Origin: Archangium sp.
GTDB taxonomy: Bacteria; Myxococcota; Myxococcia; Myxococcales; Myxococcaceae
Assembly: GCA_047600485.1 (NCBI GenBank)
Contig: JASGKS010000001.1
Coordinates: forward strand, 6,976,259-7,040,258
Reading direction: 5' to 3'
DNA: 64,000 nucleotides
Of this stretch, positions 9,870 through 18,468 are shown piece by piece (positions within the stretch are counted from its first letter, which is position 1; each line of letters starts with the position of its first letter). The notes beneath the pieces are model-generated. The model worked only from the letters and a program-made list of their open reading frames with translations, did not search any database and had not been told where the DNA came from. Position numbers and translations under genes: made by a program.

Positions 9870-10180
9870 GCCAACAGCAGGGAGGGTGGGTGTCGTCGGG
9901 GGCACGCTGAACGCGTGCTCGTTTCGCGCGTGCGGAGGTGCTCCCGAGCGAATTTCTGGCTGCGTCGCGCTGGCTGCGACGGGGTCGGGCTCGTTTCGGC
10001 TAGCCGGCTAGCCAATTCGGGACCGACGCCCCCCGCCCTGCCCGAAATTCGCCCGAAGCCGAGGGGCTGCCGGAGTCGTGCACCGCTCGGGAACCCGACC
10101 CCACTGCCGTTCCTCACGGCAGTTGGTGCGCTCGTTGATCAGTTCACGCGCTCGTTCCGCTTCGGCATGCTCCGCCCCGC

Positions 10181-10960
10181 ATGACGCTCGCGCAGTTCAT
10201 GATTCCAGTGATGAACATCGCGCTCGTGACGGGCGTCGGCATCGTGCTCCCGCTCGCGCTGCGCGAAAAGCTCGTGCCGTGGCTCGTCGCCGCCGTGTGC
10301 GTCGGCATCTCGATGAACGTCGACGGCTCGCACTCCACCGCGGTCGCCTTCGTGGTCCCGTGGACGCTGCTCACCGTGCGCAGCGGCCTCCGCGCGTTGC
10401 TCGACGAAGAGTGGTGGCTCGCGATGGCCGCGGGTTTCGCGGGCACGGCGAGCATCGCCCTCATCACCTCGCGGCTGCAGGCCACTCCGTTCGGCATCAC
10501 CGAGCCCATCGTGAAGCTCACCGCGCTGCACTTCACCTACGCCGGTGCCGGCACGCTGATGCTCGCGCAGCGCCTCAACGAGCTGCGACCGTCGCGACTC
10601 ACGCGCGTCACGCGATGGCTGGTCTTCATCGCGCCGCCCATCGTCGCCACCGGCTTCGTCACCAGAATCTCAGTCGCGCAAGTCGGTGGCGCGCTGGTGA
10701 TGACGGCCGGCGTGTGGCTCGTCGCGACGCAACAATTCTCCGACGCAGTGAGAGGCCGCGCGCGCGTGCTGTGGTGGCTCTCGTCACTCGCGCCGTGGGT
10801 GGCGATGGTGCTCGGCGTGGCGTGGGCGGCGAACCTCTACTGGCCGTCGATTCCCGCGCTCACGGTGGTCGACATGGTGCCCACGCACGGAGCGCTCAAC
10901 GCCTTCGGCTTCGTGCTGTGCGGCCACGTCGCTGCCTGGCTCGAAACGCGCGAACGCTGA
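10181..10960 (+). CDS. Integral membrane protein (unknown function, YndJ-like)
   Basis: Several predicted hydrophobic segments. No recognizable catalytic motif. Confidence 0.5.
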   Translation: MTLAQFMIPVMNIALVTGVGIVLPLALREKLVPWLVAAVCVGISMNVDGSHSTAVAFVVPWTLLTVRSGLRALLDEEWWLAMAAGFAGTASIALITSRLQATPFGITEPIVKLTALHFTYAGAGTLMLAQRLNELRPSRLTRVTRWLVFIAPPIVATGFVTRISVAQVGGALVMTAGVWLVATQQFSDAVRGRARVLWWLSSLAPWVAMVLGVAWAANLYWPSIPALTVVDMVPTHGALNAFGFVLCGHVAAWLETRER

Positions 10961-10964
10961 ACGC

Positions 10965-13244
10965 TCACCCGCCGTCGAGCCCCTGCTTGCGCACGATGAC
11001 GCCGCCCATGCCGACGGCGAAGGGCCCGACGTCGCCGAAGCCGCCCATGCCGTAGAACGCACGCGTGGTCGGTGACGGCACGACGCTCCACACTTCGGAG
11101 TTGGGATCGAAGTGCCACAACACGCCGCGGCCGTTCGCGAGGACTCCCGTCGAGCCGCCGTCGTCGCCCGCGGCCCAGATGTCTCCGCCCGGCATCACGT
11201 ACGTGGCGCGCAGGTGACCTGCGTCGACGGTGTCGGCGACGAAGCCACCATCGGGGAATCGGCGCCACGCGGTCGCGGTGCCGACGATGGAATACAGCGA
11301 GCCACCATCAGCGAAGTTCTGCGCGTGAATGGCGCGCAAGGTGCGGAACGTCTGCGGGATGTTCACGACGTCGTTCCAGCTCGAGCCGTTGTAGCGGCGC
11401 ACGCCGCCGAACTGCGCGCCGACCACCATGATGTCGCTCGACGACAGGCCCCACACGCCGCGCGGGTTTCCCGGCGTCTGCGCGAAGGCGTACATGGCCA
11501 TCGCTCCGCTGGCCGACGAGAAGATGTTCGCGCTGTCGTTGATGAACCAGTACGGGCCGCCCGGAGCGCCCCACGCGCCATACCACTCGGAGTCGTTCCC
11601 GAAGTCGTCGGTGACGAACACACCCGCGCTCTGCCGCAAGTAGTCGCGCCTGCTGCCGACCACGAAGACGCGGTTGGGCATCTCCGCGAAGCACGCGTTC
11701 CAATTCGTCGACCTCGTGGCGCGCACCACCGAGTCCCACCGTGCGCGATCTCCGACCACGACGCGCGTGAAGACGACCTGGTCTTCCGACGCGGCGTAGG
11801 CCTGCGAGGCGTACGTCATGGTGTCGGCGAAGCCACACACGCCGCGCACGTTGGTGGTGCCACCGAAGAAGAGCTCGCGCGCGCCGCCGTCGGTGACGAG
11901 CGCCATGGTGCCAAGGCCGCCCGCTGCGAACACCGTGTCGATGGACGTGGGCGTCACCGCGTAGAGCCCCGCATCACGCGTGAGCGGCGCCTGCACCAGA
12001 CCACCTTCGTCGAGCACACGCGTCACCACGCCGGAGAGCGTCGAGACCCACGGACCACCGAGGGTGAGCGTCATCGCTCCGACGCCGCCGGGAATGTTGG
12101 GGCCGTACTGCCGCCAGCCCGCGTCGGTCTGCCGCTCGAAGATGTTGCCGAACGATTGGTTGGTGACCTTCCACCCGACGTAGAGCTCGGGGCCGGCCGC
12201 GGCGAAGGCCATGGTCTCGCGCGTGTTGGGGTTGCCGTTCCACGGCGTCTCGCCCTGCCACATCGTCGCGTTGAGCGACGGCAGTCGATACGCGCGCGTG
12301 GTGGTGGCGGCGAAGACTTCACCGGTGTCGAGACCGGCGAGCGCGAGCACGTCGAAGGTGTTGCTGGGGTTGAGCCCCATGGTCGTCCACGTCGTGCCGC
12401 TGCGCTTCAAGATGGAGCCGCCGTTCGCCGCTGCGAAGGCCTGACCCGTCGGAGCGACCCACAGCGCGTTGATGCGGAACGCGCCCGGCGTCAGCTCGCG
12501 CTGCCACGTCGTGCCGTTGAAGTGCACGATGACGCCTTCATCACCGGCGACGAACACGTCCGATGGATTCGTTCCGTGCACCGCGTAGAGGTCGACCGTG
12601 GTGCCGACGTCGACCATGAAGGTGCGCTCGCCGTTCCAGAACAACACGGTGCCTGACTCGCCGACCGCCCACACCGTCTTCGGGCCGAACGCGAACGCGC
12701 CGAACAACGCGTTGCCCTGCGGGAGCGGATTTTCCCAGCAGAAGCCCTGCTGACAGAGCTTCGGCAATCCACACTGATTCGCGGTGACGGTGCCGCACTC
12801 TTCGGGGGCGAAGCACTCGCCGCATTCGATGCTGACTCCGCAGCCTGCGTCGAACGCACCGCACTGCGCGCTCGCCGGGCAGCTGCCGACGGGAATGCAC
12901 GGGCCCGCATCGACCGCTCCGGCGTCGGTTCCCGCGTCGTCTGCTCCCGCGTCGATTCCTGCGTCGTCTCCCGCGTCGACGTCACCCGCGTCGGGCGTGC
13001 CGGAATCGACGGAGCCCGCATCGACGCCGCCGTCCTTCGCTCCACCGTCGGTGCCGCCGTCGTTCTTCTTGGGAGGCTCTCCGTCGGCAAGTGGATGGCA
13101 GTAGTCGTCAGGCCAGCACTGCTGATCAGCCGCGCACTCGCCGTTCGCTCCGCAGCGATAGAGGACGTTCGACGGCAACTGGCAGCCGTTGATCATCGCG
13201 ACGGCGAAACCCGCGAACACCAGCACTCTCGCGCGCGTCACCAT
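10965..13244 (-). CDS. Lipoprotein with Cys-rich module, DAG-rich linker and beta-propeller-like W-x-G repeats
   Basis: Signal peptide/lipobox FAVAMINGC. Low-complexity DAGxDAG linker. Repeats of type GTVLFWNGERT / VIVHFNGTTWQ, similar to the 35067..37556 protein. Stop overlaps the upstream gene (13238..13244). Confidence 0.55.
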   Translation of the reverse strand: MVTRARVLVFAGFAVAMINGCQLPSNVLYRCGANGECAADQQCWPDDYCHPLADGEPPKKNDGGTDGGAKDGGVDAGSVDSGTPDAGDVDAGDDAGIDAGADDAGTDAGAVDAGPCIPVGSCPASAQCGAFDAGCGVSIECGECFAPEECGTVTANQCGLPKLCQQGFCWENPLPQGNALFGAFAFGPKTVWAVGESGTVLFWNGERTFMVDVGTTVDLYAVHGTNPSDVFVAGDEGVIVHFNGTTWQRELTPGAFRINALWVAPTGQAFAAANGGSILKRSGTTWTTMGLNPSNTFDVLALAGLDTGEVFAATTTRAYRLPSLNATMWQGETPWNGNPNTRETMAFAAAGPELYVGWKVTNQSFGNIFERQTDAGWRQYGPNIPGGVGAMTLTLGGPWVSTLSGVVTRVLDEGGLVQAPLTRDAGLYAVTPTSIDTVFAAGGLGTMALVTDGGARELFFGGTTNVRGVCGFADTMTYASQAYAASEDQVVFTRVVVGDRARWDSVVRATRSTNWNACFAEMPNRVFVVGSRRDYLRQSAGVFVTDDFGNDSEWYGAWGAPGGPYWFINDSANIFSSASGAMAMYAFAQTPGNPRGVWGLSSSDIMVVGAQFGGVRRYNGSSWNDVVNIPQTFRTLRAIHAQNFADGGSLYSIVGTATAWRRFPDGGFVADTVDAGHLRATYVMPGGDIWAAGDDGGSTGVLANGRGVLWHFDPNSEVWSVVPSPTTRAFYGMGGFGDVGPFAVGMGGVIVRKQGLDGG

Positions 13245-14080
13245 GCAATCACCGCCGCGGTGCCGAGGCCTGCGCCGACTGCGAGCGCTCCGATGCCGCC
13301 CAACACCAGCGGCGTGCTCGAGTCGTTGAGCTGCTGCGCCTGCTGATACGTGAGCGTCGAGCGCAGCCGGCCGTCGTCATTCGGCGCGCCCTGCGAGAGC
13401 GGACCACGCGAGACCGCTCCCACGGTGAGCAGTGCGGCTCCGGCGAGGAGCGACGCGACACCCGCGCCGCCCAACACCAGCGACGGCACGTGCGAGCGCG
13501 CGGGCGGGGGCGGAGGCGGAGGCAGCAACGGCTCCTCGGTGTTCTTCGGCGTGAGGTCGGTCGCCACCGGTGCGTCGTCTTTCTTCGGCTCGTCCTTCTT
13601 CACCTCGGGAGTCGGCGGTGGCGGCGACAACCGGTTCTTCACGCGCGCCGCGAAGCCCTGCAGCAGCGACGCGTCGAGCTTCGCCTTCTTCGGCAGCAAC
13701 AGACTGTCGGTCTCGACCACCGTCTCGTCACTCACGCGGAGCAGCTCGAGGCCGACCGAGAGCTCGGAGTCGATGATGGCGACGCTGAGCAGCACCACCC
13801 ACGGCACCTTGAGCTGACGACCGAGCTCCGCGAGACACGCCTTCTTGCCGTTGCAGTTCGCCGAGTCCTTCACCGAGATGCGCGCGAGCTGCTGCATCGC
13901 CGCTTCGTTGGTCATCGCCAACGACACGCCTTCGCTCGCGAGCAACTTCGACGCGTCGGAGGTGAGGGTCTTCGCAGTCGCAGCCGGTGCCGCCGTTCGC
14001 CGCCCCAACAACACCACCGTCTGTTCGCCATCGGGAGCGGCGGTGAGGCTCAACCCCACCAGCGCGACGAGCCAGGACAT
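13238..14080 (-). CDS. Membrane-anchored exported protein (signal peptide, Pro-rich linker, C-terminal TM)
   Basis: N-terminal signal peptide, PPPPPPP linker, C-terminal Gly/Ala-rich TM helix. Immediately downstream of the STPK on the same strand. Confidence 0.5.
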   Translation of the reverse strand: MSWLVALVGLSLTAAPDGEQTVVLLGRRTAAPAATAKTLTSDASKLLASEGVSLAMTNEAAMQQLARISVKDSANCNGKKACLAELGRQLKVPWVVLLSVAIIDSELSVGLELLRVSDETVVETDSLLLPKKAKLDASLLQGFAARVKNRLSPPPPTPEVKKDEPKKDDAPVATDLTPKNTEEPLLPPPPPPPARSHVPSLVLGGAGVASLLAGAALLTVGAVSRGPLSQGAPNDDGRLRSTLTYQQAQQLNDSSTPLVLGGIGALAVGAGLGTAAVIAW

Positions 14081-14107
14081 GCCCGCAAATCTCTCACAGC
14101 CACGCCA

Positions 14108-15643
14108 CTACCGGGTGAGGAACAAGCGCTCCCAATGGTCGAGCTGCTTTGCAATTTTTCCGCGCGCCGCGGGCGAGTCGGCCATGGTGATTTGCACCTT
14201 GTATTTGGCGAGGTACTGCAGCGCCGCGGGATCAGGCGACTCGCCCTCCGGGGTCTTCTTCCGCAACCGGGCTTCGAGGCTGGTGACGCGCTTCTTCAGC
14301 TCCGCCTCGCTCGGAGGTTGGCGCAGGTCTTTCTTCGGCAACGTGCCGTTCGGCAAGGGCGTGAGCTCGTCATCGGCGTCCTCGTCGGGCTCGCGCGCGG
14401 TGTCGGGAATGGTACCCACCGCGGGCACCTCTGGCGGCTTGCTGGGCGCGGGCTGCTCGACGGTCTTCGTCGGCTGAGGAGGTGGCGGCGTGTCGTTGAC
14501 GACTGGCGGCGTTTCAGACGGTCGCGTCACCGCGTAACCCACGGCGAGCAACACCACGATGCCGGCTGCAGCGAGCAGCGGCACGGCGCGCGACGTCGCC
14601 GCTTTCGGCAGCGCTTCATCGGTCGGCGCTTCGAGCTTCGCGGCCGGCAGCGCGTCATCGGTCTCTGCCGACTGCGCGCGCTCGACGGCGCGTTGTCCCG
14701 ATGCGCGCGCCTGACGCACCACGAACTCACCCGAGAGTGAAGGACGCGGGCCTTTGTTGAGCGAAGCAGCGGTCACCGAAGCAGCGCCCAGCGACTCGAG
14801 CATCGGCAGGAGCAGCTCGCGCAGCTCGTCGGCAGACTGCGGCCGCTCTTCCGGCTTCTTCGACATCAAGCGGAAGATCAGATCATCCAGCTCGACGGGC
14901 ACCTTCTTGAGCGAGCTGACGCGCGGCACCGGAGCGCGCACGTGCGCCACCATCACGTCGAACGGCGTGGGCGCGGTGAACGGCACCTGGCCGGTCAACA
15001 TCTCGAAGCCCATGCACCCCAGCGCGTAGAGGTCGGTGCGTGGAGAGACCGCTTTTCCCTGCGCCTGCTCGGGCGCCATGTAGTCGGGCGTGCCGGCGAC
15101 GGTGGCCTTCGCGGTCTGCTCGGTGACTCCGCTGAGGGTCGCCGATTTCTTCGCGAGCCCGAAGTCGAGCAGCTTCAAGAAGTAGCCGCCGTCGGGTTGG
15201 TCGCAGAGAAAGACGTTCGAGGGCTTCAGGTCGCGGTGGATGATCTGCGCTTTGTGCGCCGCCCCGAGCGGAGCGCACATGTCGAACATCAACTGCACCG
15301 CCTCGAGCTGCGGCAGCACGCGCCCGGCGAGGTACGCCTCGAGGCCACGGCCTTCGAGGTACTCCATGATGATGTACGCGCGCCCGTCGGGGAGCCGGCC
15401 GATGCCGAAGATGCCGGTGATGTTCTGGTGGTTGATGGCGTTGGCGGCCTGCGCCTCTTTCACCAACTGCTCGTAGTCGTTGTCGCTTCCGACCTTCAGC
15501 ACCTTGATGGCGGCGCGCTTCTGAATGACGGGGTGCAGCCCGCGGTAGACGATGCCCATGCCGCCCGAGGCGACGGCTTCCTGCACCTCGTACTCGCTGA
15601 GGCGCTGCCCGATGAGGGGATCTGCGGGTTCGGTGTCGCTCAC
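14108..15643 (-). CDS. Serine/threonine protein kinase (membrane-anchored)
   Basis: Kinase subdomains: GGMGIVYRG...AIK, HRDLKPSNVFL, DFGLAK, TPDYMAPEQ. Pro-rich linker and a TM helix after the kinase domain. Confidence 0.9.
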   Translation of the reverse strand: MSDTEPADPLIGQRLSEYEVQEAVASGGMGIVYRGLHPVIQKRAAIKVLKVGSDNDYEQLVKEAQAANAINHQNITGIFGIGRLPDGRAYIIMEYLEGRGLEAYLAGRVLPQLEAVQLMFDMCAPLGAAHKAQIIHRDLKPSNVFLCDQPDGGYFLKLLDFGLAKKSATLSGVTEQTAKATVAGTPDYMAPEQAQGKAVSPRTDLYALGCMGFEMLTGQVPFTAPTPFDVMVAHVRAPVPRVSSLKKVPVELDDLIFRLMSKKPEERPQSADELRELLLPMLESLGAASVTAASLNKGPRPSLSGEFVVRQARASGQRAVERAQSAETDDALPAAKLEAPTDEALPKAATSRAVPLLAAAGIVVLLAVGYAVTRPSETPPVVNDTPPPPQPTKTVEQPAPSKPPEVPAVGTIPDTAREPDEDADDELTPLPNGTLPKKDLRQPPSEAELKKRVTSLEARLRKKTPEGESPDPAALQYLAKYKVQITMADSPAARGKIAKQLDHWERLFLTR

Positions 15644-15739
15644 GAGTGGACGCGAAGACTCATAACCCGAAGCGCAGCGCGCTGAACGCCGATTGAAATT
15701 GCTGAACGACCAGCGTCGCTACCTTGACTGGACGGCACG

Positions 15740-17434
15740 ATGGCCAAGGCTGCGCGCCGAAAGATGCTGATCGCGACTCCCCCCGGCTGGCAGGCAGGCG
15801 ACCTCGTCGGCGGGCGCTTCACGTTGCTCGGTCGGCTCGCGTTCGGCGGCATGGCCGAGCTGTGGCTCGCGCGGCAAGGTGGCCCGCAGGGTTTCTCGCG
15901 CCTGGTGGTCGTGAAACGCGTGCTCGAGGCGCGCTCGAACGACCGCGAGCTGCTCGACATGTTCATCGAGGAAGCGCAGCTCGGCGCGCGCCTGCAGCAC
16001 CCGAACATCGTGCACACCGTCGACTTCGGTGAAGAGGCCGACGTCCCCTTCATCGTGCTCGAGTATTTGTTCGGCGAGACGTTCGCGCGCGTGCTTCGCG
16101 AGAGCCGCGTGCAGTCGAAAGACTGGCCTGCCCTCGCTTCGGCGCGCGTGATTTCCGACGCGGCGCTCGGGCTCGCGTCGGCGCACGAGCTCAAGGGGCT
16201 CGACGGTCAGCTGCTGAACATCGTGCACCGCGACGTGTCTCCGCAGAATCTGTTCGTGACGGTCGACGGTCTGGTGAAGGTCATCGACTTCGGCATCGCG
16301 CGCGCGGTCGATCGCCGCAGCCACACCGAGCACAACCAGCTGCGCGGCCGCGTCGCCTTCATGTCGCCCGAGCAGATTTCGTCGCAGCCGCTCGACGCGC
16401 GCGCCGACGTCTTCGCGCTCGGGCTGGTGCTGTGGGAAGCGGTGACCGGCGGAGCTCCCGACGCCAGCAACGACCCGGTGGCCATCATGCACGAGCGCGT
16501 GTCGGAGCGGCCGATTCCCCGAGCGCGCAGCCGCAACGCAGCGATCTCGGAAGCGCTCGACGAGGTCATCGCGCGCTCGGTGGAGAAGGACCTCACGCGT
16601 CGTTTCCAGACCGCGCGCGAATTTCACGAGGCGTTGGAAGGTGTGCTCAAGGCCGAGGGCGACGTGCCCACGGTGCAGGTGGCGGCGCTGCTCTCCGAGC
16701 GCTTCAAAGACAAACACGCCGCGCGCTCGCAGCTGGTGCAGCGGCTGGTGACCGAGACCAGCACCGCGCGGCTGAGCACGTCGACCATTCGTGCGCTGCG
16801 CACGGTGACGGAAGACATGCGCGCGGTGGCGACTCCGCCGAGCGCGGCCGACGTCACGACCGGGTCGAACGACGCGCCGGCGGCTGAGCCGAAGTCCATC
16901 GAGATTCAGATCGACGAAACACCGCAGCGCAAGTCGAAGGTGCCGTGGGCCATCGCGGCGCTCCTCCTGCTCGGGCTGGGAATTGGTGGGCTCGCTGCGT
17001 GGTACGCGCGCCAGGACCGTTCACAGCCGGAGGTCGTCGCCGCGCTGCCTTCACCTCGCGTCGATGCGCCCGCGCAGCCCCAGCCCACGCCCACTCCGAC
17101 GCAGCAGCCCGAGGCACCGAAAGTTCCAGAGCCGACGAACGTGGTCACGCCCTCGGTGCCTGCCGTGCCGAAGGACCCCGAGGTGAAAGTCGTTCCGCGC
17201 ACGCCGAAGACCGGCAAGCCCGCAGCGGCCACCGGACTGTTGCGCATCGACACGGTGCCGTGGACGCAGGTGTACCTGAAGGGGCGTAAGCTCGGAGACA
17301 CGCCGTTGGTCGACGTGCCGGTGCCCGCGGGCGAGCTCGAGCTGACTCTGGTGAACGACGAAGAGAAGATTCGCACTGTCATCGGCGTGGAAATCATCGC
17401 CGGCCAAATCACCACCAAACGACTGCAGTTCTGA
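15740..17434 (+). CDS. Serine/threonine protein kinase with C-terminal PEGA domain
   Basis: GGMAELWLA...VVVK, HRDVSPQNLFV, DFGIARA. TM helix and Pro-rich segment. C-terminal LLRIDTVPWTQVYLKGRKLGDTPLV...LELTLVND is PEGA-like. Confidence 0.9.
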   Translation: MAKAARRKMLIATPPGWQAGDLVGGRFTLLGRLAFGGMAELWLARQGGPQGFSRLVVVKRVLEARSNDRELLDMFIEEAQLGARLQHPNIVHTVDFGEEADVPFIVLEYLFGETFARVLRESRVQSKDWPALASARVISDAALGLASAHELKGLDGQLLNIVHRDVSPQNLFVTVDGLVKVIDFGIARAVDRRSHTEHNQLRGRVAFMSPEQISSQPLDARADVFALGLVLWEAVTGGAPDASNDPVAIMHERVSERPIPRARSRNAAISEALDEVIARSVEKDLTRRFQTAREFHEALEGVLKAEGDVPTVQVAALLSERFKDKHAARSQLVQRLVTETSTARLSTSTIRALRTVTEDMRAVATPPSAADVTTGSNDAPAAEPKSIEIQIDETPQRKSKVPWAIAALLLLGLGIGGLAAWYARQDRSQPEVVAALPSPRVDAPAQPQPTPTPTQQPEAPKVPEPTNVVTPSVPAVPKDPEVKVVPRTPKTGKPAAATGLLRIDTVPWTQVYLKGRKLGDTPLVDVPVPAGELELTLVNDEEKIRTVIGVEIIAGQITTKRLQF

Positions 17435-17436
17435 AC

Positions 17437-18459
17437 ATGCTCACTTCTCTGGTCACCGCTCTCGTCGTCACGGCCGCGCCTGCTGACTGGCTCGCAGTCG
17501 CTGAGAAGCAGTGCTTCGAGATGCAGTACCCCAAGTGTCTCGACTCGCTCGAGCGCGCGTGGGTGCGCGAAGGCAACTCGCGCGAGCAGGTGATTCGCAT
17601 TCTCGAGCTGACGGGCGTGACGGCGGCGCAGGTGAAGCAGAACGCGCGCAGCCAGGAAGGTCTGCGGCGGTTGTTCCTCATCGACTTCGCGCACACCTTC
17701 ACCGGTCGCTTTGCGCCGCGCGTGAACACGCAGATTCTCGAAGCGAAGAGCTGGGTGGGTCAGGTGCGGCCGCTCGCGTGGAGTGCGGCTCCCGCTGAGC
17801 TGGCCGGTGAGCATGTGCGCGCCGTTTCGATTCGCATCACCAACGACCCGATGAATCTCGGAACGTTGGTGAGGTTCCACACGCGCGCGGACGGCGGCGA
17901 GTGGAAGGTGAACGAGGTGACCGTCGAAAATTCCGCGGCGCGGCTCGACGTCGACGCGGGCGAGCTCGAGTGGTGGGCCGAATTGCTGACGGGAAATCGC
18001 GGCGTGCTGATGCCGGCGATGGGAAGCGAAGCGAGCCCGCAGCGTGAGCGCGCGACGAAGGCCCCGGTGGTCGCGAAGACCGTGCCGACCGATGACGTCG
18101 CGAAGAAGCCCGGGCCGGTCGCCGCGGTGGAGAACCTGAAGCAACCTGCGCCCAGTGCGGGCCCGCGTTTTCGCCCGGCGGCTTGGGTGATGACGGTGAC
18201 GGGAGCGCTCGCAGTCGGCGCGGGAGTCACCTTCGGGGTGATGTCTTCTTCGGCGCGTCAGCAGTTGATGATGCCGGTGCTCGACTCGGCGGGCGTGGTG
18301 CAGAACCAGACGCAGGCTGAAGCGTACGCGACCAACGCACGCATGCAGCGCGACGCGATTCTGGCGATGGCGCTGAGCATCGGCGGAGGTGTGGTGCTCG
18401 CGACCGGCGTGACGCTCTTCATCGTCGGTTCAGTCGTCGGCGTGAGTGTGCCCCTCTGA
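17437..18459 (+). CDS. Membrane-anchored periplasmic protein (paralog of 34033..35070)
   Basis: Signal peptide, about 190-aa domain, C-terminal TM. Shares RILELTGVTAAQ / EWWAELLTGN motifs with the 34033..35070 product. Start abuts the kinase stop (translationally coupled). Confidence 0.55.
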   Translation: MLTSLVTALVVTAAPADWLAVAEKQCFEMQYPKCLDSLERAWVREGNSREQVIRILELTGVTAAQVKQNARSQEGLRRLFLIDFAHTFTGRFAPRVNTQILEAKSWVGQVRPLAWSAAPAELAGEHVRAVSIRITNDPMNLGTLVRFHTRADGGEWKVNEVTVENSAARLDVDAGELEWWAELLTGNRGVLMPAMGSEASPQRERATKAPVVAKTVPTDDVAKKPGPVAAVENLKQPAPSAGPRFRPAAWVMTVTGALAVGAGVTFGVMSSSARQQLMMPVLDSAGVVQNQTQAEAYATNARMQRDAILAMALSIGGGVVLATGVTLFIVGSVVGVSVPL

Positions 18460-18468
18460 CCCGCTGAA

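Noticed and set aside
6633-9905. 1090-aa antisense ORF opposite the beta-helix gene
   Set aside because: Arg/Ala/Val-rich and low-complexity, with no motifs. This is the typical stop-codon-poor antisense frame of roughly 70% GC DNA. The sense strand encodes a protein with clear domain repeats.
10078-13090. Multiple 200-500 aa ORFs (10078..11055, 11112..12656, 12491..13090) overlapping the membrane protein and propeller lipoprotein genes
   Set aside because: Alternative-frame GC artefacts. Only the 10181..10960 and 10965..13244 frames give a signal peptide, repeats and sensible composition.
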